DNA of 64,000 nt from Phyllobates terribilis (GCF_046119375.1 NW_027362764.1:604066001-604130000); one strand, 5' to 3'. Shown: positions 50,071-63,488, numbered from the stretch's first letter. Numbers and translations: made by a program. The notes: generated by a model not told the origin, from the sequence alone.

Positions 50071-52463
50071 GTACAGTATCTGTTATTTGTTTTATGGCTT
50101 CTTTTGTGGACACTCAGTAAGTAAAGTAATTACACTGCAGGGAAATGTTACTTCTACCTGGAATAAGAGCCTGATTGTTTGGAAATGCCTCTAGACTACA
50201 CGCTATAGAATTGCGAATAATTTATTACAGCTCATTTATACATTTGAAGTGGTGAACTTGTCTAATGGCCCACTTATACTGAGCATTGAAGGACCGCTCA
50301 TAAAGTCAGTACTGAGCATTGTCAGTGCAAACATGTCCAGCAACATTGGTCTGATCTTTAATGTTGACATAAAACTCATTGTTTGTCAGCAGCACATGTA
50401 AAGCGGAATGTGATGCTGACAATAATGGGAACTCTGGAGAAACCGCTATCATACCATATCATACCAACGTAGTAGAATCGCATAATAACTAAAGCATGTA
50501 TATAAAAGACCGCAATCCACTTACTACACTGATGCTTAGGATGGGCAGATTATCTACTCATCTAAGTAAGCCTTTGCGGTACTACTCATTGTATGAAATC
50601 TTGTAGTTAATCCGTTGTAGTTAATATTAATTATTATTGCGGTAAATTACCAAGGATAAGGATGAAATGTTCCTTTAAAGAGTTATTCCCGTATTTTGAA
50701 GTTATAACCTATCACTAGAATGAGTGATAACTTGCTAAATGGTGATGACCCAACAACTTGATCCTGAGGACTGGGCTCTGCAGAATGGAGCAATAGCCGA
50801 GCACGCACACCTCTCCATTATGTCTCTGAGACTGCCTGAAAAAGCTAAGAAGTACCCAGCTATCTCAAGCAGTCCAATAGAGACTGAATGGAGTGGTGGT
50901 GCACATGTTCGGACACCATTCCATTTACATGAGACATTTCACAGCTCTGTTCTCAGGATTGGTAGGGTCTTAGCTGTCAGACCCCCACCGATAAGCAAAT
51001 TGTTACCCATCCTATGAACAGGTGAAAACTTCTAAAGATGGTAATAATCCTTTAATAAAGTATCCTGGTTACCAGAACATGATTGTCTAACTTTTATGAT
51101 AGGGGCTGACTCAAAAAGGAATTAAGATGAAGTCTATGTAATTGCTGTTAAGCTCAAACAAGGTGACCACCCCACTGCCATCCAAAGATAATTAAAGTGA
51201 ACCTGACAGCTGACTTCTTGTTGCCCGAACCACTGACAGCATGAATGAGACACTGGACTGGCTCTGTCATTTCAGCGGGCTAGGAACATGTGCATATAGG
51301 GAGAGGTCTGTCACTCAAGGGGAGCTGGAGATGCTGTCGGGTACTGGCCTTTTTGGACTAGTCACCCAAGCTACATTGTTCCTAGTCAGTTTTTTAATTT
51401 GTGTTTTCTCTGAAACGCTGAAGCATTTCAGAGTGAAAGATACCTGGCTGAAATGAGAGCCAGTGTCTGCTGCCTGCAGGTCCGGAGGTCTAAATCAGCG
51501 CTCCGGTTCCCTTTAAATACAAATTCTATATATTTAGACTTATGTTCTGAGAATATGACATCATTGTGACAGTGTGAATATGGCAACAAAATTATGATTC
51601 TAAGCAAATGAATATTTTCTGAGCTTGTCTTGACTGTGCATGACAGTCTAAAACACTCTACCAAAGGTGGATCAGTTGCACCCAGAGGCCAAATTAAGAG
51701 TAAACCGTCAGAAGACAAAGTGAATAACTTCAACAAAAATATAAAATATGCTAAGTTTGTTGCAACAATTTAAAAAAAATGCAGGGAATCTGTCAGCAGT
51801 TTTTGCTATGTAATATGAGGGCAGTGTGAGGTAGGGGCTGAAACACAGTTTTCAGGGATGTGTCACTTTCTTAGGCTGTGTGCTGTTATTTCCACACAAT
51901 GAATGTTTTATCAGCAGGAGATTGCATCCTGGTCCAACTCTGCCAACACCACTGATTAGCAGATTACTGTCAATCTACAATGTACACAGAAAGCTGCTAA
52001 TTTGGGGAGTGGATGGGTTTAGCTTTTTGAGCTCTGCTACATCTAAGAATCCTGACTGTGTCACAACTGCGGCACCCAGTAATCTAAGTGATACATCACT
52101 GGAACCAGGGTCTCATTTCCTACATCATGCTGCTCTCAGATGAGGTAGCAAACACCTGGTGACAGATTCCCTTTAAAAGGTAGATATACGTATAAAGATG
52201 GTAATAACCCTTTAACAAAGCATCCTGATTACCAGAACATGATGGTTTAATTTTTATGTTAAGGGCAGAATCAGAAGAGAATTAATCTGAAGTGTCACTG
52301 ACCATCTTCTCATATAATAAAACTTATTTTAGATGAATTAATTGATTAATATTATGTATTTGTAAACCTTAAATGGATAATTCCAGATTTCCTTCTTAAA
52401 GAATGGTGATACATTTCCATATGTTATACAACACAGTAACATTTTGTTTCATCTTTTTTCCAG

Positions 52464-52577
52464 AGAAATATTACAGGAAATCCAGAGGTTGAGAATTGAA
52501 CATGAGCAGGCCTCCCAGCCCACACCAGAGAAAGCACAACAGAATCCCACTCTTCTGGCAGAACTCCGACTGCTCAG
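52464..52577 (+). CDS. dtna: dtna exon 16 ([38 protein letters not shown])
   Basis: TTCCAG acceptor, AG|GTAGCA donor; 114 nt. Confidence 0.98.
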
Positions 52578-53762
52578 GTAGCAAAAGATAAAATCCGTCA
52601 GAGCTTGGCTACAGAATATCCTAATGAAGCCCAGTATTTACCTCCCGTCCCTATCCATACCATTACTAATGAGGGTGCAGGACAGCCATTATGGCCGCAG
52701 AATTGTCTTAATCCAAACCTCAAACAAAAAAAGAACAAACCAGAGCATAAAACCCTCTGTATATAAAGCATAAAATAATGTCACATAGTGTTCCTGTTGT
52801 CATTAAGTAAATGGATTTTAGCGCTTTAGATGGCCTTTATTTAGTTTCTCGTTTATTCTCTGTGCCAGCACCAGAGCACTTTGCTTGTATGTCTACAACT
52901 ACATGAGAAACTGTGTAACCAGAGGTCATAAATAAATTCATGGTTGCACGCATTAAAAGAGTCCTATGAAAGAAAGACATTCCAAACATTAATAGTCATG
53001 CACCTGTGTGGCATATTTACCCCTACATAATGGTGGGTAAAGGTAATCTTAAGACCAAACTAAATAGCAGCGAGAGGTTAAAGGGGTTGTCTTGTGAAAA
53101 CATGTCTCATATCCTTGGGATCGATGGGGGGCCAACCACTGGGACCCCCACTAATCAGCAGAACAGTTAATAGGGAACCTTTATCTCTTCTAGAATGAAT
53201 TAGCAGCCCAATAGCTGCCACATTAATTTTATATGGGGCTGCTGGAAAAAGCCGAGCGCGTAGCACTCAGCAGCCCCATAGGGAATGAACAGGGAGGTGA
53301 TCAGACATGTGCATTGCTGCCTCATCTTAATGGGGATAAAATTGCCCCATTCTGCCGAATATGTATTCACATAGGAATTTGTATTGACATCAGTTACACA
53401 GTACCTGCCTGATCCTTTAGTTTTGTGTTATGCCAATCTCTCTGCTCCTCCGACCTAAATTGTAGGTAACATAATATTATAAGAGGGGTCAGACGGAAGG
53501 CAGTAACACATTAGTGCAAAATCAGGCAGCACATAGGGGGTTTCTAGTCTGTAACCATGATAATACTTAATCAGAGAGAAAAACCAGCGTACCCTTGAAG
53601 TAAGATGCAGCATTCCATACAGCGTGTAGCACAAGAAAGGGAGATCCAGCACTCTTCTGAAGAGAAAAGCTTTACGGCTTTATTGTCCATAAATTAAAAT
53701 CCCACTCACACCAGCAAGAGATTCATCTGATGCGTTTCGAACAAACAAATGTTCTTTATCAT

Positions 53763-54888
53763 TGTGAAGACCCGGGGTCTTCCGTGGGCGTAACGCTACT
53801 CAGACAACACAGGGTGAGGGTAAAACAGCGTGGCAATACTTTATTGAACCACAAAGCGGACAATAAACACACAGAACAGTCCCAGCAAGTACCCAAGATG
53901 GTACAGCATTACACAGTCTCACCCTTCCTTCTCCGCCCGCCTGGGATAGAAGAGCTGCGACTTTGGAGACTCCCAGAGCCAACTACCTCAACCAGTGGTC
54001 CCCCTGCTTCTGGCAGGCCCCCAAAGAGAGAAGGAAGCAGCAAGCTTAGGAAGCTAGCAGTCCATTGAGGTACAAGACCATGAGATCTGAGGATCCCAAC
54101 CTGGCCTCTCTGAGAGTTTCCACGGGGCCAGATGACTGGTGGGTCCCAATCTGGCTTCTTCGAATATCTCCATGGATTACAGGCGACCGGTGGGTCCCTC
54201 ATGGCTACCCCAAACAACATATCCATTGGGGCCAGGTGACTTCTTCGTCCCAGCCCTGGTCTCCCCAAAATATATCTGTGTTTCTCTAATGGTTAATGGA
54301 GCAGATCCCAATCTTTCCAGTCAGGGCCAATATCCTTAGACTAGAATCATATAGATTCCAAATCTGTGTCTCTTTGGGTAATGCCATGCAATCCATCTAC
54401 TTTCCTGAAGGATGTTTCTCATTTTCATTGTTAAGTCTTTCTGATTCTCTGTCCCAAGTCTGACTACTACAAAAAACACATGTCCCTTCTGCTTCTCTGG
54501 GCTCAACTCCCTGAATGGCTGAACTGCTCTCACCCCCCCCCTCCTTAAAGCTAAGTGTGCATTAGTGGAGGTATCTTTCTCAGGTCGACCACATCGCCTG
54601 GGTCTACATGTGAGACTCCCTGTAGTGAAGGCTCCGCCGGATCTTCTTTCAACACTTACACAATTGGCCTAGACAATTTTTGAACAATGGTTAGAGGCTC
54701 CAGAGATAATAATGAGATTAGTGGAATGCTGGACACTTTACAAGTTAAGTTAGTGTACATAAACTGACGAGCAAGCAGAACATTAATGAAACACAGCCAG
54801 CAATCATTAATTAAACACGATAAGGTATTTCTCTTGGATTAGCAAATCTAATCGTCTGGCTAACGAAGATTTTAAGTTGTATCTCACA
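53763..54888 (-). mobile_element. Solo LTR (1126 bp)
   Basis: TGTGA...TCACA termini with a perfect 5-bp TSD ATCAT (53758-53762 and 54889-54893). AATAAA on the minus strand near 53840 suggests the orientation. Confidence 0.82.
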
Positions 54889-55456
54889 ATCATACTCATG
54901 GACATGCCACCAAAGTCGCCTGATCGCAACCCTGCCGCACTTTTATAGGGGGCACTTGAAGAGAAGGAAAAGGCAAATGTTCAATAAACTAAAATCCTCT
55001 GGAAAAATGTTTGTTCTTGCTGAACTAATAAAGATCATTACGTTTTGCACACAACCTCTTGAAGTCGATTTTGCACTCGCATTAAATGCTGATAATAAAA
55101 TTTGTCATTTTGGATTGCGATGAAAAATAATATGTAATGGATTCATTTTCAATAGTTGTCTCGGACTCCCAGCTGTGTGTGTGCACCTACCGGCACAGGC
55201 GGAGGGCGGACTCACAGCTGTACCTGGCTTTCTAAGCCCAGAATTTCTGTCTCACACTAAAGTGACAATAACATTTAGCTGTATATAGATTGTCTCACTG
55301 ATATATTTTTCCATTAATTTAATTGAGCACATACCACATTAGCACCGAAGTTGTGAGATAACGGCTGTCAACGAAGGGAGAGACAGAAAGGTTGATTGTA
55401 ATCTATGATAATTAATGCATGGTAAGCTTTCTGATCTGATTCCTATCATTCTTCAG

Positions 55457-55553
55457 ACAAAGAAAAGATGAACTTGAGCAGAGGATGTCCGCATTACAAG
55501 AAAGCAGGAGGGAACTGATGGTGCAGCTTGAAGGGCTCATGAAACTTTTGAAG
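55457..55553 (+). CDS. dtna: dtna exon 17a ([32 protein letters not shown])
   Basis: CTTCAG acceptor, AAG|GTGAGG donor; 97 nt. Confidence 0.98.
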
Positions 55554-56249
55554 GTGAGGAATAGAAGTTACTTTTACAGTTATAGTAGAAGTTAAGAGCT
55601 TATACAGTATTAGCAACATGGCTCTTTATCTCCAAAAACAATGCCACACTTGCCTTTGGCTTGTGTCCAATATTGCAGCTTAGCTCCTTAAGGGTTAATG
55701 AGACTGAGCTTGAATAATGCACTTAGGGGCCGATAAATCAAAGTATTTACACCAGAAAACTGGCGTAAAAACACTTTGAATACTTGCAAAACCTTTGTAC
55801 CATGCAGAGTACCGCAAACATTTTTTATGACTTTTGACATTTTCACACCAGTCTGTATTTGAGGCTGGGCATGGCTATTCTCTCCCATCAAATAAAGAAA
55901 AAGTGCTGCCGTTCTTAAACCAGAAATGTTACTCCGGTCTCTGACTAGAGTAATATTTCTGGCGATGCTCACATAGGTACAAGCCAGTGATAAGATGCCA
56001 CTTAATCAATCTGCCGCATCTTATTCCTGCACGTTCCTCTTTGAAACTGGCATATGAAACTCCATTCTTAATGAATCTGGGCTAGATGTGTGTCGTCCTG
56101 TTTTTTAAGGTAAGCAGCCATATTTTTCTAATTCTGTACAACCTTTTTGAACTGATCACTCTGTATCTGTAACCTCTAATAATGGGAAGCCTTGTATGTA
56201 TTAATGGACCTTCATATTCTGTTTTCTGTTGCGTATGAACATTTTACAG

Positions 56250-56270
56250 GAACAAGAGCTGAGACAGGCA
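56250..56270 (+). CDS. dtna: dtna exon 17b, 21-nt cassette (EQELRQA); read-through would end at TGA 56328-56330
   Basis: TTTTACAG acceptor, GTAAGT donor; matches the recalled mammalian EEELKQG. Confidence 0.88.
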
Positions 56271-57506
56271 GTAAGTCCTCCTGTATATTCTCATCACTGG
56301 GTGCATGTCTTGTATTGGCATGGGATGTGAAAAATGGTATATTATTTTAACAAAATTAACAATCGTATAACTTTCAATGTTTTAGAGAACTTTAAGTGCT
56401 TTTGTGTAATTTTGTTATAAACAGTCAGTTGCTATTATGGATCATCAGTATTGCATTTTTTGTGTATAAGTTGTGTGCATACATAATCTATATTTACTTG
56501 TATTCACAATCGCCTGAATGCTATGGTCCTTATGTTTTTTTGCTATTTTATGTCTGTAGAGTAAATGTATTTGGGTGTCCAAAAACTGTTCTTTGACCTT
56601 TATTTTTGTTGCCCTGGTTGTCGGCTGTGCAATGACAGCATATTTCACTGCTGGATTGGAAAAGGGAAATAATCTAAATAGCTGCTAAGGACAACTCCTT
56701 CACTTTTGTTCTGTACGGTTCTTAGTAATGAGTGTACAAATACGCACATGGTGAGATGCAATCCATTTTTCTGAGCCTTAGTAGGTGCCATTTATTTTGC
56801 AGAAATAAGTGGAAATTGCAAGTGCTGAAATCTGTGGTCGATCTACAACAGAAAAGGCATGCCGCAGATGTGAAAATCCAGAGCGTGCCCTAAAATCCAC
56901 GCATAGGTGTCCCACTAAATGCGTTAACATCTGCCTATACCTCTTTTCTATGCATATCTATAGATACAAAGAAGTAATGTGCAAATATTAGATTTCTATG
57001 TGGCATTTGTCCTGAACGTTGAGCAGAAGTGTGTAGGACTGATGGTGCATGGCTAATAACACAACACCTACTTGGGTCAGAAGCTGCCGCCATGCATGCT
57101 GCTACTTACATATGTGATACAAGTTGTGATGTTTGTTGTTCTGTTCCATTATTCCTGTTATACAATCTGACACATTACCTGCAAGACTTGTTTGGACTCA
57201 GATTTAGCTACTGAATTCACATTAATCACAAATCGGGCAAACAGGAATGTTTTTGAGGGCGGCACCATCTAATATATACAAAATAATTTCTTCTGTCAGC
57301 TGTTTCTTAGTTAGATTTGTCTGTAGAAAAGTAGAGCGATGACTATTACAGATGGGGTGTCCTGTCCTGAGTCAAGAATCCATAATGACTATATCTGATT
57401 GGGCTCCCGGTCATATGAACAACAATTACTACATTACAAACAGATAATAATATACATACTTTGTCATATATCTATTTCCCCCCTGATCATTATTTGTTTT
57501 TTTCAG

Positions 57507-57666
57507 ACTCAGGGCGCTGGCTCTCCTCGCTCCTCTCCCAGTCACACCATCAGCCGGCCTATTCCAATGCCTATACGGTCTGCATCGGCCTGCTCCACCC
57601 CAACACACACCCCTCAGGACTCTCTCACTGGGGTTGGCGGAGATGTGCAAGAGGCTTTTGCGCAAA
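57507..57666 (+). CDS. dtna: dtna exon 18 ([53 protein letters not shown])
   Basis: TTTCAG acceptor, GTAAGT donor; 160 nt. Confidence 0.98.
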
Positions 57667-59994
57667 GTAAGTTCTAGCAGAATATGACCAATTAGGCCCT
57701 ATATCTGTTGTCACAGTGTGTGTCCCATGCAAAAATTGCTGCCAAAAAATGGCAAAAATATCTTTAAGTTAATACAAATATAATTACCAGAAACAGTAAA
57801 AAGACCAGAAGAGTGGGTACCGCATATTATCAAATGGACTGCTTACCAATATACTGTACATGGAAAACATATCCATACCAAAAAGAGAAGAAGACATACA
57901 ATCAAAGTAGGTCGCACATCCAACATGAATCATTATTTGAATATTTTTCAAAAACACACTATTAAAAACCCTTACAATGCCCAAGCTCCAGAGCCTGGTT
58001 CATAACCCCTAATATGGTTAAGGATCATCCCACATTGCTGGTAAAATGATCAGATTAGACATATAATTGTACTAAAGTACAAAAGGCAGTGAACACTACT
58101 CCCAGTGTGATATAGAAGACATGCAGGCATATAAAAGATGAGATATACAAACAGTAAGACATAGTTAAAAAACAATGCAGTGTCAGGTGATCAGTGCGGT
58201 TATTCACACAATTGAGCAGTAGAACCATAACGAAAAAGTGCTATTTGCAAAATCATTGTGATGAAGCATCTCATTTTAATAGCACCATGTGAGAAAGCGG
58301 ATCTCACGTGTATCCATCCTTAAAGGGGTTGTCCAGACTTGGGATGAAACTCTGCAGTCACTCTATCTGACTTCTGAATCCTGACAGTGTGTGGTGTGCA
58401 CATTATCAGGATTCTCTGGTATTACTGGCAGGAGGGTGCAGATAAATGACTACATGTAATCAGTTTGCATACTTCCGTTTACACTTCGCACTCGACCGCT
58501 AGTATGCAAATCGCACACTTGCGGTCACATGACTGTCCAATCTCAAAAGCAATAACAGAGAATCCTGCCAGTATACATACCACGCATGGTTAGGATTCAG
58601 AAGTCTGCAGTCGCATGGAGAGATTGGAGAGTTTCATCCTAAGCCTTAACAGTATCATGGATTATGGACCAGGTTCCAGTGCTGTTTGCGATTTTAAGGG
58701 TTTTCAATTGTATTGTCTTGAATTATAGTCAAATAAAGATTCATGTTGCATACAGACTACTTTGCTTGTACAGTATGTGCTTTTTTGTTATAATTACCTA
58801 ATGTTTTCACTTGTGAATATAAGGCCATTGTAATTTGTTAAGATCGGCATTCTTTCCATCAGTCACAATAAAAAGTACGCTGGAGTAAGATGCGCCTAAG
58901 TTATTTTTTGTTGCGCATGCACCAAAAAATACCACCAGCCGCATTTGCACTATAATTTATTCCTCTTTTGGTGTCAATTTGTTGGGCTGTGCGTGGCTCT
59001 ACCCCTTTTTGCTAAGTTCTGGCCACATGATTCAATCCACCACAAAAGTGAATTTTTCCCTCCAGATCCCAATTATAGATCCACTGGATCAAACAGAAAA
59101 GAACTTTTCACATTTATGTAATTATTTGTTATTTTCTTCTAAGAAAAGCATCTAAGCCTTTTTAAAAAATTATTATCAATGGTTCCCGCTGTGACCTGCT
59201 CCTAGAGTATTCCACAGATATTAGCTCTTATGGTAAAGAAGCCTGGTCTCCTCTGGAGATTTCAGTTTTCTTACTCCAGGCAGAGCGACTTGTTTTTTGG
59301 AGTAATTTTATGTAAAAAAAAACCTTTGACCATAATTTTGTATGGGACATATATTTACTTGTGCAGCTAATTATGCACCTCTCTTCTCAGGATCAAATTA
59401 ATTCTTTTAATTTTTTCATCATAACAAAGATATTCAATGCGCAGTATCAATTTTGTGGCTCTTATTTGTACATTTTTCTAGCTCCAGGGCATCCTATACG
59501 CACACGTAGGGAAAGACCTGTCAATCCGGGGCAGCGGACAGGGAGAAGCCGCCAGGGACCTTTCTGTCCGACAAGTCTCTCATGCGGCTCGGTCCCTGGC
59601 GGCAGTTAAAGTATGTTTTTCTCTGAAACGCCACAACGTTTCAGAGTCCAGCACACCTGGCTGAGTTCATATAGCCGGTCTCTGATACACGGTGTAATAT
59701 TGAGATCTACACTTTTAAATTGACATTCACGTCCTGCCCAAATTCCAGTGGAGCTCAGTCTAGTTCCCTTGCACACATGGTTGGGCTAGTATAGTTGGAA
59801 GCCAATTAATCTAAACTTTTTTTTAGAGTATGGGGTTACATTAGAGTATCTGAGAAAAGCCAACGTGGATCCTACAAACTCCTGTGATCTTAGCAGACTA
59901 TCTACAATGGTACAGAAGTTGTATGGACCGTTCATGAGCTTAATTTCTGCTGCAGGTATCTTTGTCATCAGCTTTTCTTAATTTGACATTTTAG

Positions 59995-60084
59995 GTGCAA
60001 GAAGAAATCTGCGGAATGACTTGTTAGTGGCAGCAGATTCCATAACCAACACTATGTCTTCTCTAGTAAAGGAGCTTAAATCAG
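59995..60084 (+). CDS. dtna: dtna exon 19 ([30 protein letters not shown])
   Basis: TTTTAG acceptor, G|GTAAAA donor; 90 nt. The gene continues beyond the window. Confidence 0.97.
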
Positions 60085-61224
60085 GTAAAAATGGCTGCAC
60101 TGACTTTGCTTTCGCTGTTTGCTAAAAGAAAAGACCTGCATCCGATGGGTAATGAATAGTGTAATGTTCTGCACAGTTGGGTAAAGGGCAGAACACGGAG
60201 GGATTTTATTTAGGATGTGGATAGAAAATATTTAGTTTATTTTCTTGATCACTGGGCTAATTTTGGCCTTAAAGGAAATTAATGATAGAAGTAAGCAAGA
60301 AATATACTGGTCCACATTTTAAGGTTAAGTGCCCACGTAGCTTTTTTGTAGCGTTTTTACGGATGCGAAAACGCTTGTAAAACAGTCTGCCATACAAAGC
60401 AATGTGAATTCGGATGTGCTGTGCACATGATGCGCTAATTTGCGCGCCGAATTCGCATTGCGTTGCAAAACGCAGCATGACCATTTCTACCACGATTACG
60501 CTGCAAATTCGCGGCCATTGAGGAACATTGAAACGCAGCAAACCAACAGGTATATGTGGATTTGCTGCGTTTCAATTAAATTCAATGGCCGCAAATTTTT
60601 CATCGTAATCGCGGTGCGTGTGGTACCCGGGATGAAGAGGAGACTACAGCTCCTCTTCATCCCGGCTACCACGCGGTGGAAAAAAGAAATAATAAAGTTA
60701 AAAATAAATAAAACCTGTATATTCACCTCTCCGGCGGCCCCCGGTCTGCTCCCGGCCACGTCCTCTTTCCTCGGCGTCCCGCAGTGTACTGCCAGGACCT
60801 GCGGTGACATCATTTAGTCACCTGATGGTCACGCTGACGTCGGCGGTCAGGTGATGGTCGAGTGACCATGAGCTGACTAAATGACATCACCGCAGGTCCT
60901 GACAGTACACTGCAGGACGCCGAGGAGAGTGGACGCCGCTGGGAGTAGACTGGAGGAGACCGGAGAGGTGAGTATACAGGTTTTTTTTTTATCTTTAACG
61001 TTTTAATTCTCTTTTTTTTTTACTGTAGATGCTGCATTTAAAGCATCAGTTGTTCACACATTATAAATCCATGCCGGTTGCATGGATTTATATTGTGTGA
61101 CCAACTTGTCAAGCACTTTTCCAAGTGATGCTCGAAATCGCTTGGAAAACTGCTTGAAAAAACGCATGCGAAAACGCTGAAAAAACGCTTCTCTCTGGCA
61201 GAAAAAACGCATGTCAATCTTTTA

Positions 61225-63488
61225 TGCCCAAAGATAACAAAAGTATCCTCGAAGTGATACCTTTATTGGCTAACCAGAAAAAAATATATATATTTGCGAG
61301 CTTTCAGAGCACAGGGGCTCCTTCACGCAGGTTTACAAATGAATAAGACAAGAGCATAACATTTAAGAGATATTACAGCAGGACATTTGTTCATGAGGCG
61401 GAAGGGGTGATGCCTCCTAAAGATAAGCCAAGGAAATCAAATTAGGGATTTTGTTACAAATGGAGAGGCAGTGGAAATATTCACTTAATTATCTGGAGTC
61501 TGTCTGGTGGAGGTGTGAATTGTATCCATGTAGTCAGTCATAAATCCAGGTGTTAAATTGAGTCCTATTGTCAAAGAATTGAACATCCTTATTAGTTTGA
61601 ATTCCCAAATTCTTCTCTGTCGTCCTTAAAATGACCTTTCAATATTAAGACTTTTAAATCGGTCATACAGTGTCCAGGTCCAGAGAAGTGTTTTCCCACA
61701 GGCCTGTCCAGTTTATTCCTGAATGTGTGTTTGTAGATTCATTTTTGTTTATACAGTTAGGTCCATATATATTTGGACAGAGACAACATTTTTCTAATTT
61801 TGGTTCTAGACATTACCACAATGAATTTTAAACAAAACAATTCAGATGCAGTTGAAGTTCAGACTTTCAGCTTTCATTTGAGGGTATCCACATTAAAATT
61901 GGATGAAGGGTTTAGGAGTTTCAGCTCCTTAACATGTGCCACCCTGTTTTTAAAGGGACCAAAAGTAATTGGACAATTGACTCCAAGGCTATTTCATGGA
62001 CAGGTGTGGGCAATCCCTTCGTTATGTCATTCTCAATTAAGCAGATAAAAGGCCTGGAGTTGATTTGAGGTGTGGTGCTTGCATTTGGCAGGTTTTGCTG
62101 TGAAGTAAACATGCGGTCAAAGGAGCTCTCCATGCAGGTGAAACAAGCCATCCTTAAGCTGCAAAAACAGAAAAAAAACATCCGAGAAATTGCTACAATA
62201 TTAGGAGTGGCAAAATCTACAGTTTGGTACATCCTGAGAAAGAAAGAAAGCACTGGTGAACTCATCAATGCAAAAAGCCATGGGCGCCCACGGAAGACAA
62301 CAGTGGTGGATGATCGCAGAATAATCTCCATGGTGAAGAGAAACCCCTTCACAACAGCCAACCAAGTGAACAACACTCTCCAGGAGGTAGGCGTATCAAT
62401 ATCCAAATCTACCATAAAGAGAAGACTGCATGAAAGTAAATACAGAGGGTTCACTGCACGGTGCAAGCCACTCATGAGCATCAAGAATAAAAAGGCTAGA
62501 CTGGACTTTGCTAAAAAACATCTAAAAAGCCAGCACAGTTCTGGAAGAACATTCTTTGGACAGATGAAACCAAGATCAACCTCTACCAGAATGATGGAAA
62601 GAGAAAAGTATGGCGAAGGCGTGGTACAGCTCATGATCCAAAGCATACCACATCATCTGTAAAACACGGCGGAGGCAGTGTGATGGCTTGGGCATGCATG
62701 GCTGCCAGTGGCACTGGGTCACTAGTGTTGATGATGTGACACAGGACAGAAGCAGCCGAATGAATTCTGATGTATTCAGAGCCATACTGTATGCTCAGAT
62801 CCAGCCAAATGCAGCCAAACTGATTGGTCGTCGTTTCATACTACAGATGGACAATGACCCAAAACATAAAGCCAAAGCAACCCAGGAGTTCATTAAAGCA
62901 AAGAAGTGGAATATTCTTGAATGGCCAAGTCAGTCACCTGATCTCAACCCAATTGACCATGCATTTCACATGTTAAAGACTAAACTTCAGACAGAAAGGC
63001 CCACAAAACAAACAACAACTGAAAACCACCGCAGTGAAGGCCTGGCAGAGCATCAAAAAGGAGGAAACACAGCGTCTGGTGATGTCCATGAGTTCAAGAC
63101 TTCAGGCAGTCATTGCCAACAAAGGGTTTTCAACCAAGTACTAGAAATGAACATTTTATTTACAATTATTTAATCTGTCCAATTACTTGTAGTCCCTTTA
63201 AAAACAGGGTGGCACATGTTAAGGAGCTGAAACGCCTAAACCCTTCATCCAATTTTAATGTGGATACCCTCAAATGAAAGCTGAAAGTCTGAACTTCAAC
63301 TGCATCTGAATTGTTTTGTTTAAAATTGATTGTGGTAATGTCTAGAACCAAAATTAGAAAAATGTTGTCTCTGTCCAAATATATATGGACCTAACTGTAG
63401 TTTCCCCAATATAGAAACCTCCAGGGCACCTGGTACATTGTATCATGTACACCACATTGGAGGATGTACATGAAAAGACATCCATGAT
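61225..63488 (-). mobile_element. Penelope-like element 3' fragment (GIY-YIG endonuclease), split by a Tc1 insertion into 61225-61751 and 63400-63488
   Basis: Minus strand reads FSCTSSNVVYMIQCTRCPGGFYIGET | ...DRPVGKHFSGPGHCMTDLKVLILKGHF...EFKLIRMFNSLTIGLNLTPGFM, with frameshifts. Confidence 0.82.
61754..63397 (+). mobile_element. Full-length Tc1 (1644 bp) with IRs of about 220 bp and a frameshifted transposase
   Basis: TA-CAGTTAGGTCC...GGACCTAACTG-TA. ORF from 62111 MRSKELSMQVKQAILKL..., then TDETK, MDNDPKH and WPSQSPDLNPID in shifted frames. Confidence 0.95.

Noticed and set aside
59956-59994. Alternative upstream acceptor CTGCAG, 39 nt before exon 19 and in frame
   Set aside because: The extension contains an in-frame TAA.
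4569-63139. Possible active or domesticated Tc1 transposases
   Set aside because: All four copies have stops or frameshifts. The 61754-63397 copy also has D in place of the catalytic E (PDLNPID).
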